Below, one piece after another: positions 39,665 to 47,161 of a stretch of 64,000 nucleotides of DNA. Source of the DNA: an uncultured virus (IMG/VR IMGVR_UViG_3300031951_000043). Lineage: Duplodnaviria > Heunggongvirae > Uroviricota > Caudoviricetes. The DNA is taken from IMG/VR virus record IMGVR_UViG_3300031951_000043; one strand, given 5' to 3'. A program made the position numbers and the translations under genes. The notes under the pieces are model-generated. The model was not told the origin of the DNA and did not search any database. It saw nothing but the letters and a program-made list of their open reading frames with translations. Numbering within the stretch: the first letter of the stretch is position 1; every line of letters begins with the position of its first letter.

Positions 39665-39918
39665 ATAATTTCTAATGATATTAAACTCATAAATCTATCA
39701 TGTGAGTCTAAAGAATAATAAATTCTAACTTTTTGACCTTGTTCACTTATTAATTCTTTAAAATGTTTATGAATTAAAATTTTAACATCTTTATTTATCA
39801 CCATAAATAAATGATTTTCTTTAAAATCAAGTTCAGATGGAATTTCTGTGTAATAAACATTTTTAATAATCAACTCAATAAAAGGGAATTTGTTTGTGTA
39901 TGATGTTTCAATATTCAT
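39661..39918 (-). CDS. Hypothetical protein
   Basis: ORF. Confidence 0.55.
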   Translation of the reverse strand: MNIETSYTNKFPFIELIIKNVYYTEIPSELDFKENHLFMVINKDVKILIHKHFKELISEQGQKVRIYYSLDSHDRFMSLISLEII

Positions 39919-39934
39919 TATTATTAATTTTTAG

Positions 39935-40008
39935 TTGTCCCACTCTGACTCGAACAGAGAACCTCCACATTATCAGTGTGACGATCTAACCAATTGATCT
40001 ATGAGACA
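39935..40008 (-). tRNA. trnI: tRNA-Ile(GAT)
   Basis: CTGATAA loop; TGTCTCA/TGGGACA acceptor. Confidence 0.9.
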
Positions 40009-40250
40009 ATAAGTGGTTATTTTATCGCTTTTATCCCTTGATCAGAGGGGAAGTGCTCGTAAAATAACCAAAACCAAACTTCAAATATCATTATATGTTC
40101 TATATAAAATTCGACAAAAGATAAACCCTAAAAAGCAACAAATCAAATTTATAATGGTAACATCATAAGATTGGGGATATAATATTTGTGTATATACACC
40201 AGCTAGGAATAAGGTAATGTAAGATAATACTTTAAGTACGTGTTTCATTT

Positions 40251-40499
40251 TTATATAAAATAAGGTCCGTAGATAACACCCCCTGACTCAACAACACCCT
40301 TTTCCATTTCCCAAGCTTTTTTTAATGCTTCTTTAAGGGTATATACAGGACTAGCACCATTACCCCTAATTAACATGTGTGCGTGTTTGAAAACTCTTTT
40401 CTTTGAGATTTCTTTGGGAAAAATGATTAAGCTATTATCGCTATTTTTTTGATTTAAATAACGAGTTAACATTCCTTTTTTTGGTTCCATATCATTCAT
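40251..40499 (-). CDS. Hypothetical protein
   Basis: ORF; LKEALKKAW motif. Confidence 0.6.
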   Translation of the reverse strand: MNDMEPKKGMLTRYLNQKNSDNSLIIFPKEISKKRVFKHAHMLIRGNGASPVYTLKEALKKAWEMEKGVVESGGVIYGPYFI

Positions 40500-40646
40500 T
40501 GTTTTTTTCTTTATCTTTAATTTCTTCTATACGTCTGATGGTTGAGGGTTTAGTACATCTTCCACCGTAACCACAAAGATACGAAAGATTTCTGGTTTTT
40601 CTACGCACAATTTTACCTTGTTTACTCATTTTGATTTTTTTATATG

Positions 40647-40718
40647 CGGTCTATGACGGGTTCGATCCGTCTACTCTACCGTGACAGGGTAGGATGATAG
40701 CCATTTCACCAATAGACC
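40647..40718 (-). tRNA. trnD: tRNA-Asp(GTC)
   Basis: CTACC-CTGTCAC-GGTAG. Confidence 0.9.
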
Positions 40719-40729
40719 AAAAGAAATTG

Positions 40730-40801
40730 AGGACTCGGAGAATTACGATATCTCGACCTAAAAGTTAACAGCTTTTTGCTCTGCCCCTGAGCTACGAGTC
40801 C
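40730..40801 (-). tRNA. trnN: tRNA-Asn(GTT)
   Basis: AAAAG-CTGTTAA-CTTTT; variant T loop. Confidence 0.85.
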
Positions 40802-40807
40802 TTATTG

Positions 40808-40880
40808 TGGTACTTCGTGGTTCCGAGCCACGCTCCTCCCGTCTTCAGCGGGATGCTTTCACCAGATTAGCTTAAGTACC
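40808..40880 (-). tRNA. trnF: tRNA-Phe(GAA)
   Basis: TCCCG-CTGAAGA-CGGGA. Confidence 0.85.
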
Positions 40881-40935
40881 GTTATCAGTTACAAAACCTC
40901 TCAAATTAGGAACTTCACCGATGTAGTTTTTTTAG

Positions 40936-41019
40936 TGGAAGTAGTAAGACTCGAACTTACGAACCCCTTTCGGAGAAGTGATTTACAGTCACTTGGAATT
41001 GCCGCTATCCGATACTTCC
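40936..41019 (-). tRNA. trnY: tRNA-Tyr(GTA)
   Basis: AGTGA-CTGTAAA-TCACT; variable arm. Confidence 0.9.
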
Positions 41020-41022
41020 ATT

Positions 41023-41087
41023 TGCTGTCTCTCCATGCTGTCAATGCGGATGTTTTATCATGAATTTAGGTACCTCGCATTGCTCCC
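41023..41087 (-). ncRNA. Small structured RNA ending TGACAG-N3-GGAGAGAC (copy 1)
   Basis: Same 3' module at 41962-42017. Confidence 0.45.
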
Positions 41088-41093
41088 ATATTG

Positions 41094-41165
41094 TAGTCCC
41101 GACGAGAATCGAACTCGCATTACCGGAGTGAAAATCCGGGTTCCGAACCATTAGAAGACGGGACC
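41094..41165 (-). tRNA. trnE: tRNA-Glu(TTC)
   Basis: CCGGA-TTTTCAC-TCCGG. Confidence 0.9.
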
Positions 41166-41189
41166 ATTTAAAATTTTAATGAACTAAAG

Positions 41190-41263
41190 CTGTCCCGGAA
41201 GGGGTCGAACCTTCAAACTTCCCCTTCAAAGGGGGATGACTTTGCCAATTTGTCTACAGGACA
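41190..41263 (-). tRNA. trnQ: tRNA-Gln(TTG)
   Basis: TCCCC-CTTTGAA-GGGGA; U1-A72. Confidence 0.88.
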
Positions 41264-41268
41264 ATAAG

Positions 41269-41402
41269 CGGGGGAGGTTGGATTCGCACCAACAATCGTT
41301 ACATTTCAGAGTAATTGCTTTACTGTTTCGAAGTATCTCATATTCTCACCACTCGGACGAGGGAAAATGAAATGAGTTTTTCTTTTTATTAGCTTCTCCC
41401 CC
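41269..41402 (-). ncRNA. tRNA-like RNA with ~60-nt insertion in the D loop and an 8-nt anticodon loop
   Basis: GGGGGAG/CTCCCCC acceptor; GTTGG-TGCGAAT-CCAAC T arm. Confidence 0.65.
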
Positions 41403-41414
41403 AAGAAATTATAG

Positions 41415-41497
41415 TGGATGTTGACGGAATCGAACCGCGTTTCCAAACAGCACCCCCAACCTCATCATGAACGGTCGGTCAAGGTTTAGCAACACCC
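41415..41497 (-). ncRNA. Miniature RNA resembling the tRNA-like domain of tmRNA
   Basis: GGGTGTT/AACATCC-A with G3:U70; unpaired D region ending TTGAC; GGTTCGATTCC T loop; no anticodon arm. Confidence 0.6.
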
Positions 41498-41508
41498 AAA
41501 AAAGTTAG

Positions 41509-41582
41509 TTCTCCCAGCGAGACTCGAACTCACAACTCCCATATTAAAAGTATGGTACTCTAACCAATTGAGTTACAGGAGA
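41509..41582 (-). tRNA. trnK: tRNA-Lys(TTT)
   Basis: CCATA-CTTTTAA-TATGG. Confidence 0.9.
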
Positions 41583-41587
41583 TTATG

Positions 41588-41721
41588 TGATGAGTGATGG
41601 ATTCGAACCACCATAAGCTGCTTCGTTTAGGATATCCTCTAAGCAACAGCGGGATATGTATAGTGTTGGGTAACTATATCACTAATATCCACCGCAACCC
41701 GTTCCCTTGGGCTATCTCATC
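41588..41721 (-). ncRNA. tRNA-like RNA with enlarged anticodon and variable arms
   Basis: GATGAG/CTCATC acceptor, GCCC..GGGT D arm, GGTTCGAATCC T arm; 134 nt. Confidence 0.65.
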
Positions 41722-41726
41722 AAATT

Positions 41727-41872
41727 GAGAGGACACCGATACCTCCTCTCTGGGTGGGTCTAATTTCGAATTCTTTTATGACTTGTTCTGAAAGTCGCCA
41801 ACATACTCATCATTTCTGATTTAGTCATTGCACGTCCCACTTAACTTTAAACGCGGTCGGTTTTAAGGTATG
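41727..41872 (-). ncRNA. Putative structured RNA between tRNA-like units
   Basis: Nested complementary segments and a terminal GAGAGGA/TCCTCTC hairpin. Confidence 0.4.
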
Positions 41873-41879
41873 TATTGTG

Positions 41880-41955
41880 TCGAGGTGAGAGGATTTGAAC
41901 CTCCATGATATCTTCGCCCCAAACGAAGAGACTTAGCCAATTAGTCCACACCTCG
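41880..41955 (-). tRNA. trnP: tRNA-Pro(TGG)
   Basis: CTTCG-TTTGGGG-CGAAG. Confidence 0.9.
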
Positions 41956-41961
41956 ATAATT

Positions 41962-42017
41962 AATCGTCTCTCCGATCTGTCACACTTATTCATTGTTACG
42001 TCGATTGACACTAAGTG
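41962..42017 (-). ncRNA. Small structured RNA ending TGACAG-N3-GGAGAGAC (copy 2)
   Basis: CACTTA/TAAGTG stem, then the shared module. Confidence 0.45.
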
Positions 42018-42097
42018 TTTAAATTCAATCGAACATGATAATAATCAAATTATTATTATCTAAATTTCTTGGTATTACAATATGTCAACGAACGTCA

Positions 42098-42129
42098 CAA
42101 AGTTATGTCTTATTCTTCAAACTACCAAA
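42098..42129 (-). promoter_or_regulatory. Bacteroidota primary-sigma promoter for the tRNA array
   Basis: TTTG-N20-TAACTTTG on minus strand. Confidence 0.7.
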
Positions 42130-42141
42130 ACTTTTTTGGTA

Positions 42142-42176
42142 TAAAATTTAAAACCCCGGATTTTTTGTCCGGGGTT
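42142..42176 (-). terminator. Attenuator terminator hairpin AACCCCGGA-CAAAAAA-TCCGGGGTT plus U-rich tail
   Basis: 9-bp stem; 5' arm also complementary to 42210-42218. Confidence 0.75.
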
Positions 42177-42197
42177 ACATTTTCTTTGTGTTAAAAA

Positions 42198-42296
42198 TTA
42201 TTTCACAAAAACCCCGGAATACATAATGGGAGCATAAAACCAATCACACTGATTTGGTTTTACTACCTCAAGATTATGTTTACGTAGATTGTTCAT
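42198..42296 (-). CDS. Putative attenuator leader peptide MNNLRKHNLEVVKPNQCDWFYAPIMYSGVFVK
   Basis: ATG-TAA, 32 codons, 19 of 20 amino acids; overlaps the antiterminator arm; ATATTTAT at 42312-42319. Confidence 0.75.
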   Translation of the reverse strand: MNNLRKHNLEVVKPNQCDWFYAPIMYSGVFVK

Positions 42297-42343
42297 TTAA
42301 AATAATTTTCAATAAATATATACAAGTTTTGAAAAAAGTCAAA

Positions 42344-42745
42344 TCATTCTAATTTTTTTTCTAAATTTAAATAATCGATTGCTTTTTGTAATAATTTTAC
42401 ATCATCATTAAATCTACCCAAACCCAAGTTGCAGTTGTTGCATATATAACCCCTAAACGTATCAGTAAAATGACAATGATCTAAAACCCATGATGTTGTA
42501 TGTTTATCACATATTGGACAATTTCCGGATGGTGGTGGTGAATACTTAATTTTTAAATGTTTTCTTATTTCAGCTAATTTTTGATTGCAACTTTTGCATG
42601 TATTTTTTCTTCCAGCATCGATTGTTGAGAAGAATGGAAATTCGTCAATTTGTTTTTCAATATTGCAATTTCTGCATGTTTTTGTTTCTCCTGAAATAAC
42701 TGGTTTTATGTTTTCTTCAGGTTCAAATAAATTTAATTGATTCAT
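42344..42745 (-). CDS. Endonuclease VII-type HNH protein
   Basis: CPIC..VLDHCH..RGYICNNCNLGLGRFND. Confidence 0.88.
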   Translation of the reverse strand: MNQLNLFEPEENIKPVISGETKTCRNCNIEKQIDEFPFFSTIDAGRKNTCKSCNQKLAEIRKHLKIKYSPPPSGNCPICDKHTTSWVLDHCHFTDTFRGYICNNCNLGLGRFNDDVKLLQKAIDYLNLEKKLE

Positions 42746-42807
42746 CAAATTTTATTTGAACATAATGAGGTTCTGTGTTAAAGTAAACTATTCATATATT
42801 TATGGTT

Positions 42808-43626
42808 ATGAAAAAGATTAAATTAACAGAATCGGATTTATATAGAATTGTTAGAAAGGTTCTTCTTGAGCAAGATGAAAAAAAGAAAAGTTTTACATTT
42901 TCTCCGGGTTCATTTGAATCTCTTATAACATCATCATCAGGTGAAAGATTTGTTAAACATCTTAATAACAAATATGATAGGGTTATTGTTAATGAAGAGT
43001 TGGATTTAAGTGAAACACCAATTCAATCCTTGCCGGATAATCTTCATGTTGAGGGAAATTTGGATTTAGAAGGAACGCAAATTCAATCCTTACCGGATAA
43101 TCTTCATGTTGGGGGGAATTTGTTTTTATATGGATGCAAAAATCTTAAATCCTTACCGGATAATCTTTATGTTGGGGGAAATTTGGAGTTAGATGGAATA
43201 CCAATTCAATACTTAGGGAATAATATTCATGTTAAGGGAAATTTGGAGTTAGATGGAATACCAATTCAATCCTTACCGGATAATCTTCATGTTGGGGGAG
43301 ATTTGAGTTTAGTAGGAACACCAATTCAATCCTTACCGGATAATCTTCATGTTGGGGGATATTTGGATTTATATGGAACACCAATTCAATCCTTACCGGA
43401 TAATCTTCATGTTGGGGGAAGTTTGTATTTAAGAGGAACACCAATTCAATCCTTACCGGATAATCTTCATGTTGAGGGAGATTTGTTTTTAGGTAAAACA
43501 CCAATTCAATCCTTACCGAATAATCTTGACGTTAAGGGGACAATTTATATTAAAGGAACACCATTAAATGATAATGATGAATTGGTTAAGAAATATGAAG
43601 AAAAATATAGAATTATTAGAGTTTAA
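42808..43626 (+). CDS. LRR protein with shared leader (about 9 repeats)
   Basis: 60-nt tandem repeats with core CCAATTCAATCCTTACCGGATAATCTTCATGTTG. Confidence 0.92.
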   Translation: MKKIKLTESDLYRIVRKVLLEQDEKKKSFTFSPGSFESLITSSSGERFVKHLNNKYDRVIVNEELDLSETPIQSLPDNLHVEGNLDLEGTQIQSLPDNLHVGGNLFLYGCKNLKSLPDNLYVGGNLELDGIPIQYLGNNIHVKGNLELDGIPIQSLPDNLHVGGDLSLVGTPIQSLPDNLHVGGYLDLYGTPIQSLPDNLHVGGSLYLRGTPIQSLPDNLHVEGDLFLGKTPIQSLPNNLDVKGTIYIKGTPLNDNDELVKKYEEKYRIIRV

Positions 43627-43653
43627 TAATAAACACATAACACACATAAAAAA

Positions 43654-43962
43654 ATGGGAATATTTGAACTAGTTAATACATTATTTGTATTATCATCGTT
43701 AGTTGTCGTTGCTTCAGAATATGCAAGCAAATATACAAAAGTTAAAGGAACGTTATCACAAATCCAATCTTGGGTAATTTCAATCCTAATTGGTATTTTT
43801 TGTGCATGGTTAAACTTTGGAGTATTCAATGGTGTGGACACCAAAGGGGGCATTCTCTATGGAATATTAATCGGATTAATATCAAATGGAATATTTGACA
43901 TGTCATTCGTTAAACAAATCTTAACAATGATTGGTGCTAGAGCAAATACTTTAAAGGATTAA
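43654..43962 (+). CDS. Putative holin / three-TM membrane protein
   Basis: Three TM segments; convergent with endolysin-like gene. Confidence 0.6.
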   Translation: MGIFELVNTLFVLSSLVVVASEYASKYTKVKGTLSQIQSWVISILIGIFCAWLNFGVFNGVDTKGGILYGILIGLISNGIFDMSFVKQILTMIGARANTLKD

Positions 43963-44567
43963 ACGATATCTTTACTTTCAATTAAGGTGTAGGTAAATCT
44001 ATTACCGTGGATATTTCTTGCTTTATTTAAAATTGTCATAAATTCATTAAAGTCTTTGACTCTTTTAAATACAGAACATCCTTCGCTCCAATCGTTTACA
44101 AATTGTGATTCAGTTTTTGGATTTGAACGATGTATATTAATACCAAAAACACCCTCATGAATTGTTGCGGGGTCCATATCAAATTTCATATCTTTATTTT
44201 TATCACGATAAACTTTAACAGGTCTGTCTTGACATAAAGCATCATATTTTCCTTGGTGCTTTCTTATAATATATGCACTTCTATATTGACCCGGAACAAG
44301 AATTGCAACACCCCTTGTATTACTAAATTCTCTCACAGCTTTTGTTCCCGGATCTGTCGTAATATCCCACTCATGATATTTCCACACACCATTTTCTTTA
44401 TATGTTAATGTTAATTTATCATCAAAAACATTTGTAACTCTTGAACCCGGTCCTGAGTTTCTAATGCTAACAACGTTAACATCAAATCCTTTATTTGAAT
44501 CATCATTAAACCAAACATAACCTTTTGATTTAAGAGCGTTTTCTATTTTTTCTTTTGAGTATAACAT
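43959..44567 (-). CDS. Putative endolysin, L,D-transpeptidase-like
   Basis: TTDPG, GINIHR..WSEGC His/Cys motif. Confidence 0.65.
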   Translation of the reverse strand: MLYSKEKIENALKSKGYVWFNDDSNKGFDVNVVSIRNSGPGSRVTNVFDDKLTLTYKENGVWKYHEWDITTDPGTKAVREFSNTRGVAILVPGQYRSAYIIRKHQGKYDALCQDRPVKVYRDKNKDMKFDMDPATIHEGVFGINIHRSNPKTESQFVNDWSEGCSVFKRVKDFNEFMTILNKARNIHGNRFTYTLIESKDIV

Positions 44568-44642
44568 GTGATATATAGTTTAACCATAAATATTATTGAT
44601 TTATTTTTTATATAATTTATTTTTTCATAAAAACTTAAACAA

Positions 44643-44885
44643 ATGTCAATATTAAAAGAAGAAATCAAAGGAACGAAGATTTATAATGAAATTCAATCTT
44701 CAAATATTGTGAGAACAGAATATGATACACAAACTGAAATTATGATAGTTGAATTTAAAAATGGTTCTAGGTTTGAGTATGAAAAAGTACCCCATAAAAT
44801 ATATTCTCAATTTAGATTAGCTGAATCGCAGGGAAAGTTCTTTTCATCCTCAATATCAAAAGCATATAAGTATAAAAAAATTTAA
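44643..44885 (+). CDS. KTSC domain protein
   Basis: SSNI...YD...VEFKNG..YE.VP...AESQGKFF. Confidence 0.88.
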   Translation: MSILKEEIKGTKIYNEIQSSNIVRTEYDTQTEIMIVEFKNGSRFEYEKVPHKIYSQFRLAESQGKFFSSSISKAYKYKKI

Positions 44886-44941
44886 TAAATTTAAAAACTT
44901 ATTGGTTACCATATATTTATGGTTAAAGCTTTTTTAAATAT

Positions 44942-46933
44942 ATGAGTGAAGAATCGAAAATAATTTCATCGTTTTCATTACAAGAAACATTAAATCCGAA
45001 AATTTGGGATAATTATAAAAATCCTGAAAAAGCTTCGCTTAAACCAGAAATAAGAAAGAAACTTCTTGAGATTGCTCATGAGTTTATGGATTTTATTGAT
45101 ATTGAGTTTTTTGTTGATGATATTATTTTTACCGGTTCTCTTTCAAATTTTAATTGGTCAGATTTTTCTGACGTTGATTTACATCTTGAAGTTGATTTTA
45201 CCCAGTTTGATACTGATTCAGTTGAGTTATATCGTGAACTGTTTAATTTAAAAAAACTCTTATTTAATACCAATCATGATATTACCATAAAGGGGTTTGA
45301 GGTTGAGCTTTATGTTCAAGATATTATTGAACCCCACACAAGTGGTGGGATTTATTCGGTTCTTTTTGATGAATGGACGGTTGTACCACAAAAAAAAGAT
45401 GTTAAAATAGATAGGAATCTTTTAAAGAAAAAAATTAAAACGTGGACCAATAAAATTGATGAAATTACCGAACAAGTTAAAAATGGTGATTATGACGAAT
45501 CAATTTTATTAATTAAAGAATTAAGAGATAAGATTAAAAAATATAGAAAAGCTGGTCTTGAAAAGAATGGTGAATTTTCATATGAGAATTTGGTATTCAA
45601 ATACTTAAGAAGGGGTAAATATATTGAAAGATTAATAGACTTATCCAATCAATTAAAAGATAAAAAGCTGTCTTTAGAATCGTTAAATGAAGCTAAATTA
45701 ATTGGTGGTGATTTTAAATGGGGTGGTGGACCAAAAGAACACGGTAAAAGAGCATTCGGTAATTGGCAATCTGATAACGCTTATGATTTAATGGCTCCGG
45801 TAGGTACGCCCGTTTATTCATTAACTGATGGGACAATCACAAAAACATATTTCACTGAAGGAGGTGAAAGTGGAAAACAAACTAAAATCTATGGTTGGCA
45901 AGTAACTATAAAAGGTGATGATAATAATTTTTTTTATACCCATTTAGGTGAAATAAATCCAAACATAAAGGTTGGTAATAGAATTTCTAAAGGTGATTTA
46001 ATTGGTACAATTGGCGCACCTACAAGTGGTAGAAAATGGTATCCACATTTACACATTGCGGTTCAAAATGGTGATTTAAAATCATACATAAATGATACGG
46101 CAATTATAAAAAAAGAAGAAAGTATTTTTGATAAGATTTTAAAGTTTTTAGGTCTTGAAGGATTAATAACATCAGAAGAAACAAATTTTGTTAAAGAGTT
46201 AGAAAGTTTAATACAGTCAAATACTGAGTTAAAATGGGAAAAAAATAAAAAGATAGAATATAATGATAATACTAAAACACTGCAAAGCATTCTACAATTA
46301 TTAGGATATTCTTTACCCAAATGGGGTGTTGATGGAAAGTTTGGTCCTGAAACAAATACGGCTGTTATTAATTTCCAAAAAGAAAATAATTTAACACCAA
46401 ATGGTGTTGTTGATAACATCACACTTAAAGTAATTCTTAAAGAATTATCAAAAATTGATTTGAATCAAGATAAAATTAGTGGAATTCAAAAAAATAAAGA
46501 AAATCTAAAAATAAACCCAACAAGTAATAAAAATAAAATTTTAAAGTTTTTAACCGATAAGGGATTAACAATAGAACAAGCATCTGGAGTAGCTGGTAAT
46601 TTACAAGCAGAATCTAATTTTAATCCGAGTGCTGTTGGCGATAATGGAACATCTTTAGGTATTGCTCAATGGCATAAAAGTAGAAAAGATAATTTAATTA
46701 ATTTTTGTAATTCAAAAAAACAAAATTCAGAATCACTTGATTGTCAATTAGATTTCTTGTGGAGTGAGTTAAATACAAAATATTCAAATGTTTTATCCTC
46801 TATTAAGGCAAGTAACTCTGCTGGTGATGTAGCTGAAATTTTTGCATCAAAATACGAAAAACCAAGTAGTACAGATTATAGTAAAAGAATAAATTTTGCA
46901 GAAAAAATATATAGTGATACAACAATTTCTTAA
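44942..46933 (+). CDS. Fusion of pol-beta-type nucleotidyltransferase, M23 peptidase, PG-binding domain and phage tail lysozyme-like domain
   Basis: TGSL..SDVDLH; HGKR..YD..YTHL..HLH; LQ..VDGKFGPET; GNLQAESNFNP..GIAQW..YEKP. Confidence 0.82.
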   Translation: MSEESKIISSFSLQETLNPKIWDNYKNPEKASLKPEIRKKLLEIAHEFMDFIDIEFFVDDIIFTGSLSNFNWSDFSDVDLHLEVDFTQFDTDSVELYRELFNLKKLLFNTNHDITIKGFEVELYVQDIIEPHTSGGIYSVLFDEWTVVPQKKDVKIDRNLLKKKIKTWTNKIDEITEQVKNGDYDESILLIKELRDKIKKYRKAGLEKNGEFSYENLVFKYLRRGKYIERLIDLSNQLKDKKLSLESLNEAKLIGGDFKWGGGPKEHGKRAFGNWQSDNAYDLMAPVGTPVYSLTDGTITKTYFTEGGESGKQTKIYGWQVTIKGDDNNFFYTHLGEINPNIKVGNRISKGDLIGTIGAPTSGRKWYPHLHIAVQNGDLKSYINDTAIIKKEESIFDKILKFLGLEGLITSEETNFVKELESLIQSNTELKWEKNKKIEYNDNTKTLQSILQLLGYSLPKWGVDGKFGPETNTAVINFQKENNLTPNGVVDNITLKVILKELSKIDLNQDKISGIQKNKENLKINPTSNKNKILKFLTDKGLTIEQASGVAGNLQAESNFNPSAVGDNGTSLGIAQWHKSRKDNLINFCNSKKQNSESLDCQLDFLWSELNTKYSNVLSSIKASNSAGDVAEIFASKYEKPSSTDYSKRINFAEKIYSDTTIS

Positions 46934-46975
46934 TTTTTTTAAAATCAACTATATTTATATATAAAAAATAATAAA

Positions 46976-47149
46976 ATGCCAGAAACAGTATCAGCGGGAA
47001 CTTATAACTATGTAATACAAGATTGCGCTTGTACGGGTAATACTCAGTTTTATTCACCACATCCTGAATATGTTAACCCAAAGAATGGTGATACCGTTGT
47101 TCAAATCTCTTCCATTGAGCTTGGTGGGTTCAATGGATTAAATAATTAA
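46976..47149 (+). CDS. Small late protein (57 aa), absent from ORF track
   Basis: ATG-TAA frame downstream of ATATTTAT. Confidence 0.6.
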   Translation: MPETVSAGTYNYVIQDCACTGNTQFYSPHPEYVNPKNGDTVVQISSIELGGFNGLNN

Positions 47150-47161
47150 AAATATAAAAAA

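Noticed and set aside
43018..43530. 60-nt tandem repeats resembling a CRISPR array
   Set aside because: Unit length is a multiple of 3 and the units encode in-frame LRRs; the variable parts are homologous to each other; no cas genes are visible.
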